64,000 nucleotides of DNA, taken from the NCBI GenBank assembly GCA_012295275.1, contig CM022670.1, forward strand, positions 34,596,001 through 34,660,000. The letters run 5' to 3'. This document shows positions 52,016-64,000 of this stretch, piece by piece. Position 1 is the stretch's first letter, and each line of letters opens with the position of its first letter. This DNA comes from Chrysomallon squamiferum (Eukaryota > Animalia > Mollusca). The notes under the pieces were generated by a model, which was not told the origin of the DNA, ran no database searches, and saw only the letters and a program-made list of their open reading frames with translations. The translations under genes and the position numbers were made by a program.

Positions 52016-52994
52016 AATAAAAATTAAAACATTGCTTTGAAGTTTGATTTTGCATTTAAAATGAATATCTGTTAAAATGTATCCGTTGAAATTTCTTTAA
52101 AACTTAATCACTTAAATACCATTTAACTTTTTAAAACTTTATGAATTCTATCTTTGTTCTTTAAAGTATCAAATCGTGTAACTAAATATAAGTTAATATT
52201 AATTTCTTACATTATGTAGGATACTTTAAGCATTCTACTTATTTATTTAATTATTATTTTGTTAAGTAATGACTTAAGTATACAATTAAATGTATTTGTT
52301 TCCAATTATAATACTACTATTACTAGTAAAATAGTAATAGATGATGGATATAATATTAGGACTATTTGCTGTGACTAAATTAAAAATAATAATAATAATA
52401 AAATAAATAAATAAATAAATAAAAAAGTATATATCATTTATCGGGTGATTGACTGTTTTTTTTGTTTTTTTTTTAACATTAAAACGTTTCGAAGGAATAG
52501 TTAAACAAATATCCGTTTATTCATTTTATCAATAGTATTTGTAAGGACTTTGTATAATAGTACTGTCTGAAAACCTGCAATACCGGAAGTTTATGATACG
52601 CAAGTAGTTAAAAATAACAACCAAAACACAACAAAAGTTGACGTGGCTTGAAAAGTAAATTGTAGTTTTTTATGTCTTTTAAAATTATGTTGCGACATAC
52701 ATTTTTCAAATGATATACTTTGCATATAATGAATAATTAGAGCTTACTGTCACTGCATTGTTAGGAATAAGTGAATCTTGCAAACGTATCTCAAAATCAA
52801 ATGGCTTACAATTATTGTGACAGTCACACTCACAGTGCCATGTTAAAAGTTCATGGTCTACTTAAACCAGCTATAACTTTGGCTTTTAAATTTTTAATTG
52901 GCCTGAACGTTTAACATTATTTGTTAAAATAACTATATTAAATATGTACATTTATTATGATCCAGTAGGATAATTTGTCGCAACAAAATGGCGG
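51685..52994. promoter_or_regulatory. Divergent promoter region ZMAT2/FAM114A with YY1 and ETS motifs
   Basis: YY1 motif (CAAAATGGCG) over the ZMAT2 ATG and again at 52984-52994 (CAAAATGGCGG); ETS ACCGGAAGT at 52582-52590; candidate non-coding exon donor AAA|GTAAAT at ~52656. Confidence 0.55.
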
Positions 52995-53497
52995 AACAAC
53001 CCAGACATGGTGTAAAATTGTAAATTATACTTTATAGGAAACACAGATAAGCATATTATCCATATAGTTTGTTTTCAGCCGCCAGTGATAGAAATTGTAC
53101 TATCCACTAAACTATGTATGCTGGAAATTACATTATTTTGTACATAGAAACAGTTTCAGTAACTAATGATAAAAAGCATTTGAAAAACAGAAGCAAAAAA
53201 TGGAACACCAATTAATTTGTTTCTATTAAATATTGGGTCTCTAAAACAAAATTATTAAAAGAAATACTCCAAGAACCAAAGCATGCTTGTTCATGCAAAA
53301 GAAAATCCACACATGCCTACTAGAGTCAGAGAAAATAACAAATGCACTTGTGACATTATAAACTGAAATTATTTCCAAAGTTTGCAGTGTAACTGAACAT
53401 TTTAAAGTTTTGATTAACTGCTTCTTTACACTAAGTATTCTGCCAAATGTTTTTGAAATTTCATTCAGCCAGCTTTTACAGTGTTTCTTTTTTCAGA

Positions 53498-56400
53498 ATG
53501 GCAGATTCAGGAAAAAGTGAACATGACAGAGGAAAAGGTAGAAAGAATGCTAAGAAAAAAAATGCACCAAAACCATCGGAGGATAAAATGGCAAAAAACA
53601 CCACTCAAGAGACATCTGAGGACAAAGAGGACAGGATACCAGAAAAAACAGTTGACGATTCATCCAATGTAAAAACTGAAATTGAGAAAAATTCTGAACA
53701 AAATGCTGATGAAGAAATTGCAGCGGTTCCAGAAGTCACTGAGTCTGTCAAAGAATCATGTGTTGTTGATTCATCTGGAGACCTGACAAAAAAACCTGCT
53801 GATAACGTTAGCACAGAAGAGAATGAAAGTGCAAACAAAGTGGCTGAAACAGAGGATTCTCCTAAAGAAAGCACTGACAAAGACTTGAAGGATAAAGAAG
53901 AAAGTTCAGAGACTGTAAATGATACACCAAAATCTCAAGACATACCAAGGTCAGCGCAAAGCTGTCACACTGCACAGCAAGACAAAGTACTGGATGATCT
54001 TTCTGACATGGGAAAGGTAACAGTTTATACATTTATCTTTTTTTCTCTAGATTTAACTGAAACATATGAAACATGTTTATTCTTTATTTTTTATTAATCT
54101 TTGTGGTGAAATAAAACATAGTTTTTATACATTTTATTATGATCTCTGTTTTCATTTTGAAATTACGTATATGATGATGATTTATAAATTTTAGTAAATA
54201 AAATGATATAACGTTTATAAAAATAAATTACATATTTGTTTTTAACATTTTTCAGGAATCAGGAGGGTGGGGATGGGGAAAGTCTTTGCTGAAGACTGCC
54301 TCTGTGTCTGTTACTACGTTTACACAACACGTTGGTAAGCAGCATTTGTCTTTTACTTCTGGTTTTATCCACTGGAGTAATGTATCATAACAAAAATACA
54401 GCATTTATCTTATAAATGAGTATCCAATAATATTTATAATTATACCTCTACTTGCATACATTCCAGTCCAAGCAAAAAGTAACTGATAGTGATATATTGA
54501 TCTGATTTGCTTTTTTCAGGAGAAGGTTTAACTACATTTGTTGAAACAATTGAATCTGGTCTTGGTGCACCTCCTCCTGAAGCTCTTGTTGAAGGTAATT
54601 CAGTACCATGGGACACGAAAGGAACAGATAATGGTAACATGTAATATTTGTGAATTAACTCAGTTTCAGTTTTAATTTAGAACTGTTCCAATTTGATATA
54701 CAGAAAAAGAAAAAAAAAAGTATTCATGAACAGACATACTGGATCATGTTTAATTTATAATACAGATTTCATTTTGAAAATATTTTTAGATTTCTCTGAT
54801 ATTTAATTTCATTTCATCTTTAGAGATACTGTTACTGAAGTCTTTGACATTTTGTTTTTAGAATTCATATACACAGTTTATATATATATGTATAGTTCAA
54901 AACTTTTCAGAGGCTCATCCTGCAACAGAACAGCCTCACAAAAAGGAAGCTACAAAACCAAGTGAAACCGATGCAACTTCATCAAATGAAAAAACTGCTG
55001 AAAATCCCGAAGAGAAAGAAACATCAGAAGGTTCCAGTGGATGGTTATCTGGCTGGGGAGTTGGCAGTCTGACATCAAAAATACAGAACACAGTAATTAT
55101 GAAACTATATATATATCAATAAATGTATGTAAAATTGTGAATCAGCTCATGATAGCTTGAATTTGTTGAATTAAATTTTAATAACTTTTAGCCTACATTT
55201 AAGTTACTTACAGATGTGTAGATCACCACAGACAGTTGTAGTATAAACATAAGTTTTGTTTAAGACCCTTTAAGTTTAATTATATTTTCACTCCCAATTT
55301 TTTTATTATTTCATAAATAAAAGTAACATATTTTTAGGGCATTAAAGGTTCATGAAATTAGTGGCATCAAGCTACTAAAAAATAAATACATAGTAAATAA
55401 GATTTGCAAAGCATCATTTATTGACAGATTTTTAAATTAAGACATTTATTTCCTTTTACAATTGTTCCACATCTCCACTATAGTGAATTAATCTTGCCTC
55501 AGAAAAAGCAACATATTAAGGTTTTTATATATCCAGACAGCTGGCTGTTAATGTGCTTTTATAAAATGTAATTTACTGTGTGACTTTTACCCAGGGCAAA
55601 ACTCTGATATCTGGGAGCCTTGATGCAGTGGAAGCTGTGGCTACAGGAGGCCTGAATGTGCTGGAGACGATTGGAAAGAAAACCATCGATGTCCTCAACG
55701 AGCATGATCCAGAGTTCAAAAGGACCAAGAATGTTCTCTTTCTCAAAAAAGATAAAACTAACCTGTCCCAGCTTTTGAGAGAAGCAAAAGACCAGGCAGA
55801 GCAGAAAGCCCAGTATGACCAGGAGGCAGAAGAAGCCAGAAAGGCTAACTTCGGAGCCATGTTTGATGAATTTCAAGGTAGAGGTCTTGAATTATTACTT
55901 TTCTTAATGCACTTTCTGCTCTGTTGATATTTAGTTGATATTTTGATGGTGGCGTTTTTTTGTTACAGTTTAACATTTTACTGGAATAGATTTGTTCAAA
56001 AATTAATTAACATTAAACTCAAATATCTTAAGTTGTCCAGAAGATATCCAAATGAATTTTTGTAGTTTTAATAATTTTTTTTGTTTTTGTGTTGTTTAAT
56101 GCTTGCAATATATTAGTTTTCAATAATATTAGAAATTAATAATTGTATAGAGCTAAATTATCTTTAAACTTTGAATGTTTTCTAATCATACTTTATTTAT
56201 GTTACTTTCTCAGGATTGTCACATCTGGAAGCTCTGGAAATTCTGTCTAATCAGAGTGAGAAAAAGGTTCAGGTTCTTTTGGCAGCAATGTCAGATGAAA
56301 ATGTTGCAGCTTTGAAACCACAGCTGGTTAAAATGAAAAAAACTTTTGAACTGGAAGATAATGATGATGGTATTAACCTTTCTTTCCAAAAATATTACTT

Positions 56401-58535
56401 AACAGAATTCATTTATCCTGTTTATGAATGAAATGTTAATTATTTCAATTTTTTTATTAATTTCATAAAATGTTATCAGTAATTCATGGATCCATTACTT
56501 GTATTTTCACATGTTATATCTATGTGTTATTTTTATTCTTTTTCAGAAGATCAGCAGGAACATGAGTTCTCCAAACTTGTTACAGAACATTTATCTGAAC
56601 TTCATCTTGGGACAACTCCAGATAAAATTAACAGAGTATGTGAAGTTTTCTCTTAAACACATCTAACTTCTAAGTCATAGCATACGGTAAGCATCAGAGA
56701 AAATGTACACCAGGCAGTATGAATGTTTCCAAATTATGTTTTGGAGAGCGTTTCTTTTTAAATACCTTTATCATGTTCTCCATTTTGAACATTTTATTTA
56801 TTTATTTATTATATAAAAAAAAATAGTTATTAATAACAGAAAAACTGGAACTGAGAAGGTAAATGTATTTTGATTAATTTCTCTTTAAATGAATGATGCT
56901 TATGATCATTAATCTTTCAGGTTCAGGAGAATATTCGAAAGTGGATTACTGATTTTTACACTAAAGATGAAGCTGGTAACAAAACAGAGTCCAAGGTATT
57001 TTGTTAAAATTAAATTACTATAATATTAATTTTTTGTTATTATTTATTTATTTTTTTAAACTTTTGATAAACATTATGGCTTATTATTTAAAATTAAAAA
57101 AATAATAATAGCCAGTATTACCTACTTCACATTTGTGGTGATGCCTACATTATCTGTGAAGAGTTTAATTTTGATTTTAAAATTCGTTTACTTTCAGGAG
57201 ATACACCAGTTTGCTATTCAGAGTCTGGCTGAAATAACAGCAAAAGCTGTGGAACAGTTCCACAAGGCTGGAGAACTTCTGCTTCTTCAGAAAGACTCGG
57301 AGAAAAGTTGTTATGACCGAGCTAAGAGCCTGGCAAGGTGAACATTTCACGTAATCCATTTTTCTGACATCCATCCACACACCAAAATGAAAAGATGATA
57401 AACAGATACATGAAGGAAAGATGATCATCATTTTAATTTAAACAGAAAAATATATTTCTTTATTAGGAAAAATAAATATAAATTAACAAGCTTAATCAGA
57501 TCCAAGTGTAATGAGTTATTTTGTCTATTTAATTATTTGGTAGTGATTTAACTGAATAGCTTTTATTATCGTTTGTTTAAATAATATTGTTTTCCTCAGG
57601 AAAAACCTGTGATCTGGTTTAAGAAAATATTCAGTGACTAAAATTAATCATGCTGAAGAAAATACAATGATTTTGAAAAAAATATATTTTAGTGTTTCAT
57701 TGAATTATGCAATTAATTTCTTCCAGTTTTACTCGAGTTCTTTGTACAGAAATTGGCATCCTTTCCACCAAATTCTCCCAGTGTCTCAACAAGGCTTCTG
57801 TAAGTTTATTGATAATAAATTTTTTCTTTTTGTATGATACTACATACACAGTGTCCTTTGAGACAGAATTAAAGAATGTTTACAAATTATAAATCTGCAT
57901 TAATAAATTTTCAAAATCAGTCTAGTTAAAAGTAGAAATAAAATGACATTTTTGGTTTTAAATTTCAATTTCAAGAAAAGTGAACAAAAATAACAAGAAA
58001 CAAAAAAAAATAAAAAATAATAATCGTAATAAAATGATACTCTAAACATATAATTTTAATTTCTAGGAGGATACTGAAGATTCTTCTGTTGTGACACCAA
58101 TGGTGACCAATGTATTTCTGGAGGTAAAATAGTTTGTGAAATTCAAGATTTTAAATGTTTTGTATTTTTATCAGAAATATTTTTTGAAAATATTCTTCTA
58201 AAATCTTGTTAAGAATTAAAATGATCAATTTCGAAATTTCATAACATATATTTAAAAAATGGATTTTATGCTAATCTAGTGCTGGAACTAAAATTAAAAT
58301 TACCATTTTAATATAACATAAAAAACACTATGTAAAAAGTAAACTTTTTAATAATAATTAAGTGCAGAAATTAACACATTAATTATCAATTTTTATGTCT
58401 GAATATCTACTAAAATATTTTTTTTTCTTTTTTTTTAAGGCATCTAACAGCAGCACCTATATCCAAGATGCTTTCTGTTTGTTACTACCAGTCTTGCAGC
58501 AAGCCGAGATTCAAAACAGCCAGACATCTTCGTGA
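53498..58535 (+). CDS. FAM114A2: FAM114A family protein (FAM114A1/A2 co-orthologue), ~607-620 aa
   Basis: Exons 53498-54016, 54256-54334, 54520-54633 (or -54594), 54911-55092, 55595-55877, 56214-56369, 56547-56635, 56921-56995, 57198-57337, 57727-57799, 58067-58123, 58440-58535. Motifs GGWGWGKSLL, LETIGKKTIDVLNEHDPEFKRTK, LSQLLREAK, FDEFQGLSHLEALEILS, VFLEASNSSTYIQDAFCLLLPVL. Confidence 0.93.
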
Positions 58536-60599
58536 TCACCACGATGATGTTCATTCCTGTTACTAAGTGTTCAATGGAATTAGTTTCAGAACAAACTTGA
58601 TTATATTGAAAAAGTAGTTACCTAATTATCTGTACAGTACCTTTGAAGTTTCATAATTTTATTATTATAATTATGTATAATGCTTTAAGTTGGGAATATG
58701 GTTCATTTAAAAAAAAAAAATTATAACATAGTTCATTGTCATCTAGAACAGTATTGACTTTTCCAAATATTGGAATTTGTAGATATGATTATTTGTAGCT
58801 TTTATCTACATGATTGTGTTTATCATCCCACAGCTAAATGTTATTATTATAAAAATGTTCTTTTGGTTTTTTTTGTTCCCTATTTGTTGTTAAAATCAAA
58901 ACCATTTATTTCTTTATCAAGAGTTATTAATTGCAAACATGATGGTTTAATAATAAAAAAATAATCAGATAAACAGAACTGATTTAAACAAGAAAGTATC
59001 ATATTGGGGAAAAACATTTAACTACATCTCAGGGAATTCATGCTTGGTGATTTTATTTTATTTTTGTATTTTTGTGTTGGTATTTCATTTAATTCATTTG
59101 AATATTGAAAATATAATTTTAAATGTTTTCAGTGCATTAATGAAAGCTGCATGTTAAGAACTTGGGCATTATTATTTTTCAAATAAACAGTTTCAACTGA
59201 AATTTCAGCTTGCAAATTAAAGTAATTATAATAACAAATTTGAAATTGTCACTGACTAGGATTATAAATTATAAGTAACCATAGAACTATACCTGACTGA
59301 TTTATCAAAGTATAGCCATTATTTTAAGAAAAAGGATTTTAATTTAGTTTTAATTATTTACCAATTTTTATTTGCAGAAAAATAACCGTAAAATTGCAAT
59401 TTTGTTAATTTTCTAGAAGAAAACAAGTATTTATTAAACTCTATGGAATTCAATAATTTTTTTTAATAATTCCTCTTCTCTGCCAAAATTAATAATTAAA
59501 ATGTTTTTAACCAATATTTCAAAACATCTGAAAGGTACATTTTTGTTCACATCATGTCCATATCAATAGAAATATGGGATACATTATTTGTTTTTTTTAG
59601 TGGGTTTTCAAGTCTTTCAAACATTTATAAAATATTTTGATTTTGAATGTATAAGCAATGTTTACAACGTTATTTTTATTTTTGAAGCTTCACACCAAGC
59701 AAATTGGTCAATATTGTTTTCTCAAGATCTCTGCAACATTAATAAAACTTTGGTTAAAGACAAAAAAAACTAAATGCTGAATATGTTAGCAGATTGTATC
59801 CGTCCATTATGAAAACAACCAAGATAAATTTGCTTCAAAACTGCAATTTATTAGTCAATTTTTGCAATTAGGGATCTTTTTTCACAGTGGATGTTGCACA
59901 GTGAAATCCCTCAAAGTAATAGTGGTTCTGGTAATAATCTTCATAAAACCAATAAAACAATTAATTCATTAATATTTTGGTGTTTAATTATTTTTGTGTC
60001 AGACTTTAGTGAGACATAATGGCATAATTATGTCATCATTTTTATGGATATCTATATTTTTTTCTATTCAGGATAACATTATATTTGTATTTTTAACTGC
60101 CTATAAAAAGAAAAAAAAGCCTAAAAAACCCCGACATTTTCTGTAGTGATAAAATTCATGTTTACTTTATTTGGAAATATGTGAACATGAAAAAAAAATA
60201 TCAGTAATCGTAAAATAATTTTATTTCATGCAATTAATAACAAAAGTGGCAAACATCTCTTGACTGTTTTTATTAAAACATGATAACCAAAATTAATCTG
60301 CTTGTAAAATTCTTATTTTGTTCAATGTAGCATCATAAAGAAACACGTAAAAGATTTAAAAATAAATTTTTTTAATACAATTTCATAATACACCAACAAG
60401 TAATGCAACCTGACTCATCTTGTTTGAAATGTAAAGTTTATACAGTGAAAAAATGATTGCACGACTAGTTGAATAATACACATAATTTTCATGCGAGTTT
60501 GCATTATAAAAGTTCTTTTAAAAATTCTTTTTTTTCTTTTTTCGTCTATTTAAAAAAAAAAAAATCCTCAAACAAACTGAATTAAGTTGAAAATCCTTG

Positions 60600-63500
60600 T
60601 CATCTCTTTCCTCTTTTGGCACCAATTGGAGGCTTTTGCAGCTGTAATGGTTTGTTGGCGTCACTTGTATCGGTGCCAAACGATGGTGTTCCGAGAAGTG
60701 ATGATGTCTGGGGAACTGTTAATCCAATGCCAGATGTGCCACTTGTTTGAAGGGAAGTATTGAACAGACTACTTCCTCCTGTTAACCCTGCAAATTTTCA
60801 ACAGAGAAAAATCGAAAGACAGGCAAACAATAAACATTAAAAGAAAAACGATAGCAAAATGGATGTGTTTTTAAAGTTTATCATTTATAAAGCCTTATAA
60901 AAGTAGTTAAGTGGAAAAAATAAAAATAAAGAAGAGTTGTTTGGATGTTTTCATTTTTGTGATGTCAAATTGTAATACTTTTGATTAATAAATATTAGTA
61001 AATGTGTTTCTTCATACCAGAACATGTTAGTGACATACCTTTGAAGGTTGAAAATCCACTTGCTGTTCCCAAACTGGTGTCAAGGGTTCCTGAAGTCAAA
61101 CCAGCAACTGGTGGTGCTCCTGAATGTACAACAATTTTTTATTTATTTTTTATAAATATATTAATACTTGGAAAAAAAAAAAAATGAAAATTGCCTTATA
61201 TAACAAATATGTTAATGGCAGTAATGACATAATTAAGGAATATGAATAGATTTTAATGATTAATCTAGTCAGTAAAAATACATTTTTTATGCATGGAGAT
61301 CATTTCCAAGAATTTAATTTGTTTCTATATCATTCCTAAAAACAGTATATCTCATTAAACAAATTTATAATCAAAAAAAAAGAAGAAAAAAAAAGTGAAT
61401 TTCCACTTCAAAAAATTATTCCTGGAATATTTTGTATATTACTCTGAATAAGTTAAAATAGTCACAGCAATTATTAGATTATTTTTCTCTCTTCCACATA
61501 TACAACTTGTATATTTCTACACACTATTTTATATATTACTATGCATATCAATTCTTCTTGCTAGCTACTACTCTAATTACATAAAAATAATACAAAACAA
61601 TAATAATTATAACAATAACAGCGATAATAATGATAACAACAATAATATTAAGTCAAACCTGCTGGTTGTTGTGCACGAGTTAGTACAGATGCCATTGCAG
61701 CTGCTGCAGCGTTGGTGACACCAGTGAAGGTGCTGGGTCCTGCCTGAGTCATGTACTGTACAGTTGGAGCACGGGGAGGGGCGGCTTTCTTTTTCTCAAA
61801 AATATTTTTGGTTTCAGCATAAAATATTTTTCTATAGTTCAGGTAATGTTCTTTTAAAGTCTGGTAAAATAAAGATAAATGTTAATAAATAAAATAAAAA
61901 CAGTAGGACACATTTGATTGACCATAAATAAATGTTACAAATGCATTAAAGCAAATTAACAATAAAATCTCTGGGTTCAGTGAAAGTGTATTTTCATAAT
62001 TTTTATAATGTTAAAGGACTGAACAAAATTACAATAAAAACAAAATTAACAAATCAAAATGGAACAAAAAACATATTTCTTAATTATTAGTATTGTTATT
62101 TTTACTTATTATTCTTTTTGTAATGAGAAATGAAACTTGAAAACTTTCTTTTTTGTATGATTTTATGAAGCTTTAACTCTAAAATGTACATTCTAATATT
62201 AATTCGTGATTTTATTTTAGACTTTAAACTGACAGTAATAAAAGTAAACATCTTTGATGTTTTTCAACAGACTTTTTAATGTGTACTTACTTTGACAGAC
62301 TCATGAACCTGTTGGAGCTGGGCAGCCAGAGCAATAAACGCTTCATACAGTTTTTTCATTAATGCTATCAGTTCTGAAACAGAATAATACTCATAAACAA
62401 ACACCATTCTTTGGAAAAATCAACTATAACAAATGGATGAATATTTAATAACATACCAGCAAAAACAAATATTTTAGTGAACAGGTGTTAGACAAGGATA
62501 CATAAATTAAATGATGGTTAATATAAATAATGTAAAAAACATCAAAGGTCAAAACAATGTAAAGAGCTGTGTCAAAAATTAACTTAAATAATAATAATAA
62601 TAATCATAAAACAAAGAAAATTCAGCAAACAATTTTACTTAAAGAATCAAAAATTAATTCAGAATCATTAAAATATTTTTAAGAAAATGATCATTAGAGA
62701 TAAACAAGATTAGAATCTGCTTGAAATGAAAAATCGTTACAATAAAATGATATATATTACATGAAATCTCTAAAATGAGAAATCATTACAATAAAATGAT
62801 GTATGTAACCCCTGAAAGTTCAGTAAATGACCAACCCGCTGGAGAATGTCTGGAAGGCTCGTGTAGAGCAGTCAAGTGACTCTCTAATGTTTCTATCTGT
62901 TGACGGTATGTCAGCATTCTTCCTTCAAACTCTTCTACAAGATGCTGGAAATACCTGGAAGAAGAAGAGCTAAACATGTCAAACAAGCATTTTGTCAATC
63001 ACAGTCTCTGAATTCTTTAGGCTTAGTTCCTAATACAGTGTCAAAGGAATCAGTGTACCTTTTCTGTCTTACAGGTTTGTGCTTCTAATAGATAACTAGT
63101 TGTTGTATCAGTAAAGGAGTGATAGCAGCTGAGTTATTCAACGTAACATCACTAGTCAAGCAAATGATAATAATAATAATAATAAGCATTGACATTAAAC
63201 GTGCAGTGATATTAAATGAACTGTTATAAACCTGTCTCATCTTTCTGTGCAATCTTGTAATAGTTAATATTATAAGCTATTTATTTTTAAAAAAGAATAT
63301 ATCTTTTATTAATACATGGATGCTTAAGAAGTACTTCATTTGGGTTATACATTATTAAAGATTACTGTTATCAAGAACATTTGGATTTTTCTCTATGTAA
63401 TTTAAGTATATGTTTTGTAATGAAACACATACTCAGTTGGTGCTGTGTTTTCATACTGAAGTCCAGGTGGAATCACTTTGGTTCTTAAAGCCATTTCAGC

Positions 63501-63963
63501 ATTCTTCAGTTCCTGTATTGAATATAAGAATGTTAATTAAAATTATACTGAGAGGATCATCATAATTATGATTTTTTTTTAATTCATACCAAAATAACAT
63601 GTAAATATGTATACTCAAATATTAATTAATAATTACAAAAATAAATATTGGGGAAAATGGCAATTTTTTTTTATTATTAGCAGTTTTGACCAAAAGATAC
63701 AAAAAAGATATTCTGAATTACATAATTTACATCCTCAATATTACAAAATGTTCAAAACAGAAAAGTGAAAAATAGAATCTGTTGTTACCTGAGTCATTTC
63801 ATGTTTGAGTTTTTCCACAGCACAAGCGTTTCTCTGTAAGCCATTAGACACTACAGCCAGGAGTTGCTTCAGTGTGGCTACATCTTCTTGTACTTTCAAC
63901 ATCGGCTTTGTCGACATCCTTGCTATTCCCTCACGTACACTCTTCTCTTCCTTGACATATTTT
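60600..63963 (-). CDS. NUP58: Nucleoporin p58/p45, 3' part (5' exons beyond the window)
   Basis: Exons 63963-63789, 63512-63433, 62954-62836, 62373-62291, 61860-61659, 61119-61039, 60787-60600. RMSTKPMLKVQEDV, ELKNAEMALRT...PPGLQYE, YRQQIETLESHL, FIALAAQLQQVHE, C-terminal LQKPPIGAKRGKR*. Confidence 0.95.
62724..62817. repeat. Degenerate ~50 bp tandem duplication in a NUP58 intron
   Basis: aaatga(a/g)aaatc(g/a)ttacaataaaatgat(a/g)tat(a/g)t occurs twice. Confidence 0.7.
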
Positions 63964-64000
63964 CTATTAGAAAAAAAAAAAAAAAAAAAAAACCAATAAA

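Noticed and set aside
52988-53023. Short ORF MAEQPRHGVKL* as an alternative FAM114A start
   Set aside because: No convincing donor; better explained as a YY1 motif, though an alternative first exon is not excluded.
1-64000. CRISPR arrays, rRNA/tRNA genes, transposase or reverse-transcriptase ORFs
   Set aside because: None seen; the window is spliced eukaryotic DNA and its tandem repeats are simple microsatellites or short duplications.

Overview
AT-rich, intron-containing animal genomic DNA (lophotrochozoan/mollusc-like by protein style; this is inference). By hand-splicing at GT-AG boundaries I find eight protein-coding genes in strictly alternating orientation: CAPN15/SOL calpain (+), ING1/2 (-), CARS2 (+), CFAP97 (-), an unrecognised HMG-box gene (+), ZMAT2 (-), FAM114A (+) and the 3' part of NUP58 (-). 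There is probably also the 5' end of a ninth, minus-strand gene near 3.5-4 kb. Introns carry microsatellites and decayed hAT-like MITEs. The most striking signal is that three genes (CAPN15, CARS2, the HMG-box gene) each have a reading-frame break of the same sense (-1) in a poorly conserved 5' region, and each can be repaired by one extra A in an AAAA(A)C run. All conserved exons splice cleanly. Homopolymer under-calling in the assembly is the leading explanation, but recoding, non-AUG initiation or cryptic introns are not excluded. Other points: ING-CARS2 head-to-head synteny as in human, RFX X-boxes in and near CFAP97, and GILK+KVSF PP1-docking motifs in the orphan HMG protein. No RNA genes, CRISPR arrays or autonomous transposons were recognised.
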